Both the position numbers and the translations under genes were made by a program. This document shows, one piece after another, positions 41,135-51,554 of a stretch of DNA of 64,000 bases (its first letter is position 1; each line of letters opens with the position of its first letter). The stretch lies in assembly GCA_963782915.1 (NCBI GenBank), contig CAWALK010000022.1:96001-160000 (forward strand). The letters run 5' to 3'. Under the pieces are notes generated by a model. The model had not been told where the DNA came from, searched no databases, and worked only from the letters and a program-made list of their open reading frames with translations. This DNA is from an uncultured archaeon (lineage in GTDB: Archaea; Thermoproteota; Bathyarchaeia; Bathyarchaeales; Bathycorpusculaceae).

Positions 41135-41562
41135 CGGCTGTAGTCTCTGCCTTCTGGTTTTGTGCTTGGCGGTTTTACTCCGGCTTCAGGAATTTGCGGT
41201 AGCGGGATTGGCGGCGGAATGTTGAGTGAACGTGATATCAGAACTGACTCGATAAAGACCACATTGGATATGGATTGAATGATTATCTGTGCTGGAGGCT
41301 TCTTTTGCTCGTAGTCTTTGAGAACTTTGTCGACTTCTTCTTTGTCACCGACTACGTAAGCGTTGCCTTTGAGGCTCATCTGTGCAATAGACGGATTATA
41401 AACAATAGATAAAACAAATGGCACCTCTAAGGATTCATCCTGCTTCTTCTCCATACCCACCACGTTAATGTTCGTGTTTATTTGGATGGGCGGAATCGGT
41501 TTGCGGACATCCCAGAAACGTTCCGCAGAGATGCTTGATACAACTACGTTTACTCTAAGCAT
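41131..41562 (-). CDS. Conserved archaeal protein, possible SecB-like fold
   Basis: Beta-rich N half, then helices and LNIPPPIPLP; follows rps27ae. Confidence 0.7.
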   Translation of the reverse strand: MLRVNVVVSSISAERFWDVRKPIPPIQINTNINVVGMEKKQDESLEVPFVLSIVYNPSIAQMSLKGNAYVVGDKEEVDKVLKDYEQKKPPAQIIIQSISNVVFIESVLISRSLNIPPPIPLPQIPEAGVKPPSTKPEGRDYSR

Positions 41563-41607
41563 TATAGGTCAAAAAAGAAATAGTGCGGAGGGAGGATTTA
41601 AAACTGT

Positions 41608-41886
41608 TTATTTCTGTTTGAAGCGAGTCAGACCGCAATGACCGCAAGTGTATCTAGCATGATGGTCTGCCATGAAGTAGCCTGGACCACAGCGCTCACA
41701 AGTTGGGCGTGCACGAGAGAGTTTTTCGCCTTCAACTTTGTACATGGCTTTAACGCCTTTTTCTTCTTTATGTTTCTTTTCGCGTTTGCCTTTCTCTGCT
41801 TTCTTTGCTGCTGGCGCTGCTGATTCTGCGGCTGCTGGCTTAGCTTCTTCTTTCTTTGGTGCTCCTTTTGCTGGTGCGGGTGCCAT
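41608..41886 (-). CDS. rps27ae: 30S ribosomal protein eS31 (S27ae)
   Basis: CERCGPGYFMADH...CGHCG; Ala/Lys-rich N-extension. Confidence 0.93.
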   Translation of the reverse strand: MAPAPAKGAPKKEEAKPAAAESAAPAAKKAEKGKREKKHKEEKGVKAMYKVEGEKLSRARPTCERCGPGYFMADHHARYTCGHCGLTRFKQK

Positions 41887-42191
41887 TATGCAGTCGCCTC
41901 TTCCTTAGGTTTTGGGTTATTTCTTAATTGGATGTATTCAGGTTCAACTAGTTTAGCTTGAGCAACGGATTTGTAAACGTTAGCAACTCCCTGTGTGATG
42001 CTAGTTCCAGTCTTAGTTCTCATTTGTTTAATGAAAACAACTTCGTCGCCGATTTTCATTTCGATGGCAACGGCTTTCCTAGCTTCCAACCGCTGTGGAG
42101 TTTTCTCTTTTGGACCCTGAACGATAGTGAAACCTACTTCTGTCCGTTTCAGAAGAGGATTCTCCTTGGTTGATTCTATTTTGACTTGCAT
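41886..42191 (-). CDS. rps24e: 30S ribosomal protein eS24
   Basis: ENPLLKRTE, TPQR, EPEYI; canonical position. Confidence 0.92.
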   Translation of the reverse strand: MQVKIESTKENPLLKRTEVGFTIVQGPKEKTPQRLEARKAVAIEMKIGDEVVFIKQMRTKTGTSITQGVANVYKSVAQAKLVEPEYIQLRNNPKPKEEATA

Positions 42192-42235
42192 TAATGTTCA
42201 CTTAAGGCGTAAGTTCATACAATAATCTTCCTTAT

Positions 42236-42764
42236 TTAGGTTTTCGACGTATTCATCTCGTTTAGGAACTTTTTCACCTGAGCTTTCTTTTCTTGGGACG
42301 CTTTTACGACTACAATGCCCACGTGAGGCTGTCCGTAGACGATAAATGAGTTTTCTGGCGCATACAAAACCGCTATTAGCGTAAGCAAGTCTTCCTCGCC
42401 CTCAACCACAATATGCGTGTGCTTATTTGTCTCTAACGCAGTCTTGATGGCGGAGATTGCTTCGTCTGTTATGGTTCCTTGAGGATTCGCTACATACACC
42501 GTTTTTTCCACAGGCGCCTGTTTTGGCATAGGTTGGTCTCTGAGCGAAATGTAATCGATTACTGTAAGCTGCGGGTGAATGTTGAATGTCGTGCATGTTT
42601 TGGGACACTACGTCGCCGACTGAGATCACTCGCGGAGGCTTTTCTTTGGGCAGCATTTCTTTGAGTTTAGCCATAGTTTCTTGAACGGTGCCCTCAATTA
42701 AGGTTCCAAATGGCTCTTTAAGAAAAACCCGTAGCCTCGGCGTTAGAGTGTATTCTATTTTCAT
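42236..42764 (-). CDS. GTP-dependent dephospho-CoA kinase (DUF359), frameshift(s) ~42550-42590
   Basis: LKEPFG, SVGDVVS, NPQGTIT, VEGEEDLL, YGQP; canonical position. Confidence 0.88.
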
Positions 42765-42831
42765 CAGTTGAACCTTACAAAATAGAAGATAGCTGGTAGT
42801 TAAGAAGCTACCGAGAAAACGCTAAAAGCGT

Positions 42832-43017
42832 TTAGCGGACTTTGAGCGCGTATCTGCCTTTGTCTCTAATGTTCATGGCTTTGGCGATGGCTGAATGCTC
42901 TGGGTCAAACATGACCACTAAGCCGCTGTAGTCTTCGCTAAAGCTTGTGGATTTGCATTTTGGGCAAACGTTCTCTTTTGTAATAAAATGGCAGTTAGTG
43001 CATGCTTTCTCGCTCAT
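42832..43017 (-). CDS. spt4: Transcription elongation factor Spt4 (RpoE'')
   Basis: ACTNC...CPKC, SAIAKAM, GRYALKVR. Confidence 0.94.
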   Translation of the reverse strand: MSEKACTNCHFITKENVCPKCKSTSFSEDYSGLVVMFDPEHSAIAKAMNIRDKGRYALKVR

Positions 43018-43030
43018 TTACAATTTCTCC

Positions 43031-43618
43031 TTATGCTTCTTTGGCTGGAACTGGAGCCTCAGGTTTCTTTTCTTCCCTGCCTTGATCTATCTTTAACCAG
43101 TCAAGTTTGCCAAGGAAGGGTTGTCTTGCTGTGACGCCGATTTTGCCTGAGCTGCCTGCTCTTCCTAATGAGACTGCTGTGATTCTGACGCGGACTTGGT
43201 CGCCTGAGGCTAATTTGCGTTTTGATTCTTTGCCTAATAGGACGCCTTGTTTTTCGTCGTAGCTAATGTAGTCGTCCATTAATTGTGAGACGTGGAGTAA
43301 TGCGTCGACTGGTCCGATGCGGACGAATGCGCCGAAGTCAGCGATTTCAACTACGTCGCCTTCAACGACTTCTTGTATGATTGGATAGAATGTTAGTAAC
43401 GAAAAGTTTACTTTATGGAAGGTTGCGCCGTCGCCTGGAATGATTTTGCCGATTGGGCTAACCTGTATACCAGTAACTGCTATAACATAACCTAATTCTT
43501 CATCCACTATGCCCTCGTACTTTTGTTTAACCTGCTCGCGCCCAACTTTCTCAAGTGGGTTACCGAAGGTCTCGGGCGGGATGCGAATAGTATCTTGAAG
43601 AGTAATCAGTTTGAACAT
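43031..43618 (-). CDS. rpoE: RNA polymerase subunit Rpo7/E'
   Basis: IRIPP, GDGAT, S1 domain FGAFVRIGPVDALLHVSQ, RQPFLGK. Confidence 0.96.
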   Translation of the reverse strand: MFKLITLQDTIRIPPETFGNPLEKVGREQVKQKYEGIVDEELGYVIAVTGIQVSPIGKIIPGDGATFHKVNFSLLTFYPIIQEVVEGDVVEIADFGAFVRIGPVDALLHVSQLMDDYISYDEKQGVLLGKESKRKLASGDQVRVRITAVSLGRAGSSGKIGVTARQPFLGKLDWLKIDQGREEKKPEAPVPAKEA

Positions 43619-44041
43619 CTACGATATCAACCCGTCAATGTCTAGACGTGATTTTTGTCTCAGATAAATCACTGGCACACTTATATCTCTTAGCCTCCTC
43701 TTAAGAACTCTGTCATTTGTAAATACAGGCGCGTTCCAGTTTTTCGCAATCCGAACAATAGCATCGTCTGTTTGCTCTTTTCTATCTTCAACCATGACAA
43801 GTCGGCATTTCTCCGCTAGCCGCAACGCAAAACTAGCTTGCCGCCGAGTTTTAGGTTCATCTCCCGCAGCTAACACTTCCAGTTCATGCTTAACAGCTGA
43901 TAGCAGAATGTACTCTATGTTGCGGTTTAGCAGGCGTCTGAGTTCCTCGAAGATATCCATCTTGAATTCCAAGGGAACAAACAGAGCGTTTGAATCCAAA
44001 ATAACTTTAAGTGGTTCAGTTTTTCTCGGTGAAGCCGTCAC
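43619..44041 (-). CDS. PIN-domain protein (Fcf1/Utp24-like)
   Basis: VILDSNAL, DDAIV, VFTNDRVLK, VPVIYLRQ. Confidence 0.88.
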   Translation of the reverse strand: MTASPRKTEPLKVILDSNALFVPLEFKMDIFEELRRLLNRNIEYILLSAVKHELEVLAAGDEPKTRRQASFALRLAEKCRLVMVEDRKEQTDDAIVRIAKNWNAPVFTNDRVLKRRLRDISVPVIYLRQKSRLDIDGLIS

Positions 44042-44163
44042 GTCGTGTGGTTCCTACTTCTTAGACGAGGTTCTGTAGGCATAAAGCTTTTGCCGCAGCC
44101 TCCTTTAGTACTACTTTAAATATTAAGAATTAATGAATTGGGTCACAATCAGGTGAAAGATGA

Positions 44164-44596
44164 GTGCTTCACGAAAAGTCATGTGGCGCTGTTATATACA
44201 TTAATAATCAGGAAAAAACAAGGTACCTGCTTTTGAATTATGCGGCTGGACACTGGGATTTTGTGAAAGGCAACGTTGAACAGGGCGAAACCGAAAGACA
44301 AACCGTTACGCGGGAGCTACAAGAGGAAACCGCTATAACAGATGCTCAATTCATAGATACCTTCCGAGAATCAATCAATTACTTCTACCGCAGGCAAGGC
44401 TTAACCATTAACAAAGAAGTTGTCTTCTTCATAATCGAATCCCAAACAGAAAAAGTCGAATTATCCTTCGAACACATCGGCTTTATTTGGCTAGATTACC
44501 AGCATGCCATGGAAAAATTAACTTTTAAAAATGCTAAAGATGTGCTCATCAAAGCACATGATTACCTACATAAAGAAGGGCTTAGTGAAAGACTAA
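44164..44596 (+). CDS. NUDIX hydrolase (Ap4A hydrolase-like)
   Basis: GHWDFVKGNVEQGETERQTVTRELQEETAI Nudix box, LSFEH; probable true stop 44594-44596 after removing one extra G near 44580. Confidence 0.88.
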
Positions 44597-45840
44597 GCTT
44601 TTATTATTCCGTATCCGATGAGTCTCCATCGGGCAGTTATTTTTCTGCTAATTGCAACTCTTGCGCCTGGCATTGCACAGATGGGTCGTGTCAGTTTTAC
44701 TTTTATGAGGTTCGGTTTGATGTTGATGACTTTGCCTACGTTGACTGCAGCGCCAATGTGAAGAAGCAATGCTTCGTCTGGATTGATTTTTTCGACTTTC
44801 AAGAGTTCTTTGGTTCCGACCGCGCGTTCTAGCACGTGTGTTTCCATGGTGATTTCTGTCACGGTTGGGGGTAGCTGACCTGTTTTTCCTACGATGCTGC
44901 CTGTTAAGCCGTCTGCTTTTGAGTATGATGGGTCAAGCAGTGTTCCGACTCCGACGAGTCCGCCGCTTGTAGCTTCTTGCACATCTGCTCCTGCCTGTAA
45001 ACTGACGATTTCGCTGATTAAGGGATCGTAGACTGTTTTGCCTTCCCTCTCAACTTGAACGCCTGGGCGAATTTCGATTTCTTCGCCTACTGCAAATTTG
45101 CCCTGTGCAATGGTGCCTCCGATGATGCCGCCTTCTAACCCATCGATGGATGTTCCTGGTTTGTTAATGTCAAAGGAGCGGATTACATACATTAATGGTG
45201 AAAGGTTAGGGTCACGTACGGGTGTTGGGATGATGGTTTGTATTGCTTCTAGGAGGACGTCGATGTTTATGTTCCTCTGAGCTGAAATTGGGATGATGGG
45301 TGCATTCTCTGCTACGGTGCCCTTCACGAATGCTTTGATTTCTTTGTAGCTTTCAAGCGCCCGTTTATTGTCCACGATGTCGATTTTGTTCTGTACGATA
45401 ATCATGTTTTTGATGCCGCTGACTTCTGCTGCTGCAAGGTGCTCACGTGTCTGTGGCTGCGGGCAGGGTTCATCAGCTGCGATAACCAAGATTGCGCCGT
45501 CCATGATGGCTGCGCCGGAGAGCATAGTTGCCATTAAGGCTTCATGACCAGGTGCATCGACAAAGCTGATTGCTCGCACGAATTCTGCTTCAGAGTTGCA
45601 GTTTTCACAGAATGGGTGAATGGTAAAGTTTTTGGGGGGTGGACACTTGGGGCATTTGTAGATGGGCATGTCTGCGTAGCCTAGTTTGATGGTGATGCCG
45701 CGTTTAAGTTCTTCACTGTGACGTGAAGCCCAAGTACCAGTCAATGCTTGAACAAGGGTAGTTTTTCCATGGTCAACGTGCCCTATAGTGCCGATGTTGA
45801 CTTCTGGCTGTTTCGGTAGAGCCTTAGTAGCGTTACTCAT
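44593..45840 (-). CDS. eif2g: Translation initiation factor aIF2 gamma
   Basis: GHVDHGKTT, RGITIKLGY, DAPGHE, QNKID, WRLIGYG. Confidence 0.97.
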   Translation of the reverse strand: MSNATKALPKQPEVNIGTIGHVDHGKTTLVQALTGTWASRHSEELKRGITIKLGYADMPIYKCPKCPPPKNFTIHPFCENCNSEAEFVRAISFVDAPGHEALMATMLSGAAIMDGAILVIAADEPCPQPQTREHLAAAEVSGIKNMIIVQNKIDIVDNKRALESYKEIKAFVKGTVAENAPIIPISAQRNINIDVLLEAIQTIIPTPVRDPNLSPLMYVIRSFDINKPGTSIDGLEGGIIGGTIAQGKFAVGEEIEIRPGVQVEREGKTVYDPLISEIVSLQAGADVQEATSGGLVGVGTLLDPSYSKADGLTGSIVGKTGQLPPTVTEITMETHVLERAVGTKELLKVEKINPDEALLLHIGAAVNVGKVINIKPNLIKVKLTRPICAMPGARVAISRKITARWRLIGYGIIKA

Positions 45841-45938
45841 AATATTCTTCTTCTCGTCAATAAATTACTGGAATGAATAAAAGGAATTAAATATGAAGTT
45901 TATAAGGTTTAAGCATGCAGTAAGCAAAAAAATTAAGC

Positions 45939-46334
45939 TTATTGCGCTGCTTGCTCTGGCTTCGCCGCTGGCGCTGCCGCTTGAGCGGGTCTTTCAACAA
46001 TTTTCATGTTGATTTGAGCAATTTCGTCAGTGATAATGTCGCCGCGTACGGTTTTGCGTCTGCGTTCACCCTTTTTATGGGGTTTGAAACCTGCTCCACC
46101 GCTGAGAACAACTGCTCGGCGTACACCACCGTGAACATTTGACCTCATTGGGACGCCGTCTTTGTCAGATCCGCCTAATAATTGCACTTTGTGTGCTGGT
46201 AAATCGACTACTGCGCCGTCTAGTGTTTCGCCCAGTTTTCTTCCGATAAAGGGGCTTGCGCGTGCTTCTTCAAGCTCGACTACTTTGGATGTTCCCGCTT
46301 GTGGGTCGGAAACTATGACCTTAAATTTTGCCAT
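45939..46334 (-). CDS. rps6e: 30S ribosomal protein eS6
   Basis: GGSDKDGVPM, GERRRKTVRG. Confidence 0.95.
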   Translation of the reverse strand: MAKFKVIVSDPQAGTSKVVELEEARASPFIGRKLGETLDGAVVDLPAHKVQLLGGSDKDGVPMRSNVHGGVRRAVVLSGGAGFKPHKKGERRRKTVRGDIITDEIAQINMKIVERPAQAAAPAAKPEQAAQ

Positions 46335-46644
46335 TGATGAATATCTCCAGCGCATATGAAGTTGAAAATCTCTCTATTAAGGATTTAGCCCAAAAAGGAT
46401 TTTAATCATCTTTTTGAGGTTTTACGAATCGCTTGATGAATATAGTGATTAAAGCAAATCTGCCCTTAATAAGTAAACCCCCATATACGCTGCAATAGCC
46501 AAACGTTTTACCGCTAAACTGCATCAATTTCACATAAAATAGCTTACTTATGTAATGAAGAAAGCTACAGTTAGCTATTTTAGAGAAAATGCTCACTTTC
46601 TGAGGGATAAGGTTTTAATTTTACCTCTAAGTCGTTTTGTTCGC

Positions 46645-47920
46645 ATGTGGCGGCTTGGGTTCTTCTTCCACGATATGGCGTTCGGATTACTGACAGTATT
46701 CATACCGCTATACGTGGTAACTTTTCAAGATACCAGCATACTTGGTGGACCGCTACTTGCCCTTGGAGTAATGACTTCAATCGCCATATTCTGCTCAATC
46801 CCAGCATCGTTTCTTCTGGGGATACATCTGCGATAAAACGCGGAATTACAAAATTTTCATATTGCTATCTTTCGCTTCAATCGCCGTCATACTTTTCCTT
46901 ATGACATTACCTTTAGCCCAAAACCTGCTAGTCTTCGTGGGTCTATACATCGCAATGCAGATGCTCCATGTAGCCCATGAATCACCCAAAAATGTGCTTG
47001 TAACCGAAAATTACAGTCGCTGTGATTGGGAACGATCCTTTGGATTCTATGAAGGGCTCACTGAAATCGGTTTTATTATCGGCTTAGGAGCAGGGCTGGT
47101 CCTGTTTGCATCTGCTCTAGGTTTCTCTACCTTAGCAAATTATTCATTTTACCTCTGTAGCGCCTTGAACGTGGTCGCCTTTGTTTTAGCCGTGCTTTTG
47201 ATTGCTGATCCCTTGATGATTTTTGAAAGACGATTAGTAGGCATAGAGCGAACTCTTGATTTTAGCCATCGCGGTTTTGAAGGTTCAGGTAAACTTATGG
47301 ATGGATTGCATTGGAAGGGCTCACTTAAACAGGACAGTTTCATAGGGTTTGCTTGCGCCATCGTTTTGTTCTCTTTGGCAACCAGTCTGTTTTTCACGCC
47401 ATTGCCAATTTACCTAAAACATGTGTTTGGCGGACAGGAACAATACGTGTATTTAGCATACATCCTAAACTCGGTCGGTGCAACAGTGGGTTACTTCCTA
47501 ATTCGAAGCAGAGCCCATAGTACTGATATAAGAAAACAAATGCCTCGCTTCATATTTCTACGAAGCATACTTGTTTTCGCCTTAGTTGGCGTAGTTATGT
47601 TCGCTATTGCACCAACCATACTGACGTGTGTTCTTCTTGTCTGCTTAGGATTCGTATACGCCTTGTATTACATTATGATGCTTTCTCTTTCTATGGAAAT
47701 CATACCTGAGGGAAAAGCAGGATTATTCGATGGAATGGTAGGTTTAGGTGCGGCAGTCGGTGCATTTCTCGGACCCTACCTTGCCAACAAGTTTAGTTAT
47801 CTGCCTGGGGAGACCGTGTATGTTCCAATTTTCGTAATTACTGCTGTGCTCTTTTTGGTTGCTTTCATAGCGAATAAAAGTCAGACAGATAAAAAATTAA
47901 AAAGAAAAAATAAAAATTAA
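46645..47920 (+). CDS. MFS transporter (frameshift ~46820, 3' end uncertain)
   Basis: About 12 TM helices, motif-A-like WGY.CD..R across the shift, GAFLGP. Confidence 0.8.
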
Positions 47921-47940
47921 GCGAGCGTTTTGCCGCTCGT
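47921..47940. terminator. GC hairpin between convergent MFS and fae-hps
   Basis: GCGAGCG-TTTTGC-CGCTCGT next to a long A/T tract. Confidence 0.45.
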
Positions 47941-47948
47941 AGTTTGGT

Positions 47949-49388
47949 TTATTCTGTGTGGACTCTGTATAAGTCGACGTCTTCACGCATGCTTGGTGTC
48001 AATTCAAGGAAGTCTCGAACTGAACGTTCAATGTCTTTGCTTTGTGTTACGTATCTGCCTACGATGAGTATGTCTGCGCCTTGGTCTAGTGCTTCTTTGG
48101 CTGTTTCTGGGACGATGCCGCCTGCAACTGCGATTAGGAATTTCTTGTTGGGGAATGCTTGGCGTATGATTTTTATGCGTTCTAATCCGCTGGATCTGCC
48201 TGTTTCTTGGTCGATGCCTCTGTGTAGGATGACGATGTCTGGGAAATCTTTGATTGACTTCAATTTGGCAAGAACGTCTTCTACGTTTAGCATGTCGATG
48301 ACTGCGTAGATTCCTAAGCGTTTAGCTTCCTGTACTGTTGCGTCCAATGTTTCTGCTGGTGCTAAGCCTGCTGCAACAACTGCGTCTGCGGTGTCTTCGT
48401 ATGCGATGTCTACTTCAACTTTGCCAACGTCAAGTGTTTTTAGGTCTGCTATCATGAATTTGTCTTTGGCTAATTCGCGTAGTTCGTTGATGCCTTTTGT
48501 GCCGTAGCGTTTGATGAATGGTGTGCCGACTTCAAGGATGATTCTGTCGCTTCCTGGTAGTGCTTCGATGACTTTCTTTGCGCCTTCCATTGATGGTGCG
48601 TCAAGTGCGATTTGTAGGTATGGTGGTCTCCATAGGCGTGGAACTTTGAAGCCCATGATTGGGTGTTTTGCACGGTCTTTGTCGAAGTTGATTTTTTCCA
48701 GTGTTGGGTACTTCTTAAGTGCACGTGATAGCGCCATTTTGGTTGCGCCATAGTTGTATTGGTAGATTTTGCGGTAATCTGTTGCTTTTGGGTGAATGAA
48801 AACACTGACAACGATGACCCATTCGTCAAGTTTGCTTGCTGGGATGATGCCTTCTTCTGCGGAGTCAGCGATGGCTTTGGCTACTGCAGCTTGTGCTGGA
48901 CCGAAGATTTTGCCTGTGTCTTCCATGTTTTTAACGGTGACTTTTGGTACGATGAGTGTGTGTGGTTTAGGTGGCAAGTTGGGGCGGATGACTGCGAGTA
49001 GTGGTGTGTGTCCTGCTGATAAGCTTGTCATGCCGTTAGCGAATGCTTGGCCGACTGGACCGTTTTTGTCGCCTACCATGAGGTCGATGTGTGCAACTTC
49101 GTTTCCTTCTCCCAGAAGGGATTCACCGATTAAGTATGCTGGGCCACTGTATTCGTCTGCGTCGTCACTGGCTGTCGGTACTTTGTCAACGATTTCTTTG
49201 AAATCGACATTGAATTCCTTTAGCCATGAATAAAGTGTGTCTCTGTGAATGTCCATTTCTTTGGCTGTTCCGATGATTGTCGGTTTTGTCGGCTTACCTT
49301 TAGAGCCAACCTCTTTTTTTGCTGCTTCTGTTAGCAATTTAACAAATTCGTCGCGTGTTTCTGGCTTTTTAACCTCTGCTCCCGACAT
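47949..49388 (-). CDS. fae-hps: Bifunctional formaldehyde-activating enzyme / 3-hexulose-6-phosphate synthase with N-terminal HTH
   Basis: GNEVAHIDL, FGPAQAAVA, NYGATK (Fae); YLQIALD, EVGTP, ADLKTLD, HRGID, VAGG (Hps); about 80-aa N-extension AKEMDIHRDTLYSWL. Confidence 0.92.
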   Translation of the reverse strand: MSGAEVKKPETRDEFVKLLTEAAKKEVGSKGKPTKPTIIGTAKEMDIHRDTLYSWLKEFNVDFKEIVDKVPTASDDADEYSGPAYLIGESLLGEGNEVAHIDLMVGDKNGPVGQAFANGMTSLSAGHTPLLAVIRPNLPPKPHTLIVPKVTVKNMEDTGKIFGPAQAAVAKAIADSAEEGIIPASKLDEWVIVVSVFIHPKATDYRKIYQYNYGATKMALSRALKKYPTLEKINFDKDRAKHPIMGFKVPRLWRPPYLQIALDAPSMEGAKKVIEALPGSDRIILEVGTPFIKRYGTKGINELRELAKDKFMIADLKTLDVGKVEVDIAYEDTADAVVAAGLAPAETLDATVQEAKRLGIYAVIDMLNVEDVLAKLKSIKDFPDIVILHRGIDQETGRSSGLERIKIIRQAFPNKKFLIAVAGGIVPETAKEALDQGADILIVGRYVTQSKDIERSVRDFLELTPSMREDVDLYRVHTE

Positions 49389-49592
49389 GTATTAAACCTC
49401 AAGGCTGTTTGTATTTCATGTTCTATATAAAAATGTCGGAGTAACTAGGGTAGATTCTGGAATATGCCTGTTGCTTTAGCGGTTAATTGTCGTTTCCCAT
49501 TTGTTTCTTGGAGGCGCGGTGTCTTGGGTGCTTTTCTGTAAATCTTTATATCCCCACAACTGCATTGAATGCTAATTCACCGAGGAACCTAA

Positions 49593-49814
49593 ATGTCTTG
49601 GACTGACTGGTCACTACTGGCTGTTTTCATTTCCGGTTTTCTGCTTTTCCTATACGGCGCCAACACTTACAACTCAGTTGTCGGTTACAGTGGCATTTAC
49701 CTCTTCATCGGTTCCATCGCAGCATACATCATAATTTACCTTTACAAAGAACTTAAAAAGAGAGATAACTGTGAGGTTCCAGCCCCATCTCCAGTTCAGC
49801 CTCAAAATCCGTAG
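49593..49814 (+). CDS. Small 2-TM membrane protein
   Basis: GAGG upstream, TTTATA box ~49546, two hydrophobic helices. Confidence 0.7.
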   Translation: MSWTDWSLLAVFISGFLLFLYGANTYNSVVGYSGIYLFIGSIAAYIIIYLYKELKKRDNCEVPAPSPVQPQNP

Positions 49815-51324
49815 ATGCGGCTGTACTTCTGGTTTAGGTACTGCAGAAAGGGTGTTGAATCCAGATTTGTTCCTGTTGCATGTTTGATTAGTTCTTCTGG
49901 GTCATAGAGGTCGCCTTTGCTGTGGATGTTTTCTTTGAGCCAAAGGTTGACTTCTCCAAGTTCGCCGTTTGCGACTTGGCTGCGCCAGTTTGGCAAGGTT
50001 TTAGTTATGGCTGACAGAATTTGTCCATCGTAAATGTTGCCTAATGCATAGCTTGGGAAGTAACCGTAGAGTCCGCTTGCCCAATGGGTATCCTGCATTA
50101 CCCCTTCTGAGTCATTTTGAATTTCCACGCCGAGGTAATCAGAGTATTTCTGGTTCCATGCTTGGGGGAGTTCGTCGATTTTGATTTTGCCGGCGAATAA
50201 GTCTCGTTCCAACTCGAAGCGTATGATAATGTGTATGCTGTAGGTGACTTCGTCTGCTTCGATGCGGATTTTTGAGCGTTCAATTTTATTTATGGTTTGT
50301 ATGAAAGAGGTTAGGTCGAGTTTTGAGAGGCTTGGCGCCGCTTGTTTTACTTTGGGTAAAAAGTTTGCCCAGAATTCGTTGGAGCGGCCGATTATGTTTT
50401 CGTAGAAGCGGGATTGGGATTCGTGGATGCCGAAGCTGCATGGGCTGCCTACTGGTTGATACTGCCATTCTGACTTGAGGTTTTGTTCATAGATGGCGTG
50501 TCCAGATTCATGGAGGACTGAGAAGATTGAGCTTGCAAAGTTGTTTGGGTGGTAATGTGTGGTTATGCGGACGTCGTCGTAGTAGCCTGTGGTGAAGGGA
50601 TGTTCGGTTTCGTCTACTCTTCCCGCAGCATTGGGTGAGGCGGTGTCGTAGCCGAGTGTTTGGGTGATGAGTTGGGTGATTTTGCGTTGTTCCTCCACTG
50701 GCACAGGTCCATCGAGGAGTTTGCGAGGTGGCTGGGTTTGGCTGTTTTCTATTTTGGCTATAAGTGGCTTGAGCCCTGCTAGCAGCCCATTGAAGGTTTT
50801 TGTGATGGTTTCAGCGGACATTTGGGGTTCAAAGCCGTCGATTAAGGCTTCGTAAGGTGTCTTGGTTTCTTTAACTTTCATGAGAATTTCGGCTGCTTCC
50901 ATGCTGAGGTTAAAGAGCTTCTGCAAATCCGATTTGTAGAGGTTGAAGTCTTTTTTTGCCTTGGCTTTTTTCCATGTGTTAACGGTTATGGCTTCCTGCA
51001 TCGCCAAGTCGCCAACAAGCTTCTCGGGCAACGCGGTTTGTTCTTTGTAGCTTTTGTTTATGAGGTAGATGTTGCGTTTCTCCACTTGCCCCATAGCTTG
51101 GATAGTTTGGGCTGGTTTGGATGGAGCCGAGGAGTTTGCCTATTTCTGGGTCTGTGCCCAATTTGTGGTGGATGCGGCTAAGCAGCGCCAGCTGTTCGCT
51201 GCGTTGCTCTACCGCTTTGGGCGGCATCATGGTTTCCATATCCCAGTGGATGATGCCTTGAGCGGTCCCAGAGCACGATGGTATCTTTGGATTTTGATAA
51301 AAGTTCCTTGTAAGCTGAATTCAT
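49802..51324 (-). CDS. Carboxypeptidase M32 (frameshifts ~51270, ~51090)
   Basis: WDMETMMP, HPF, DVRITT, HESGH, HESQS, IRIEADE, QDTHW, GYFPSYALG. Confidence 0.93.
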
Positions 51325-51554
51325 TGTTAGTTGTCAATGGGTGATTCTTCCTATGGTTTTCAATGTTGGGGGTCTTTATTTACTGTTAGGTATTCAGGTT
51401 CTGTTTAGCGCTTGCAAAAACATTGACCCTAAATAAGCTAAACCATTGATAGCATCAAGCGTTAACTTTATAGTTATACTAAGAAGTTAGTCTTGTTTGC
51501 ACAAGTTTTTATCTTACAGTAAAGTGCCGTTTAATAGAGGAATAAGTGTTTTAA

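Noticed and set aside
44597-44832. Long NUDIX C-terminal extension antisense to eif2g
   Set aside because: Removing one G near 44580 restores a stop at 44594-44596; likely an artefact.
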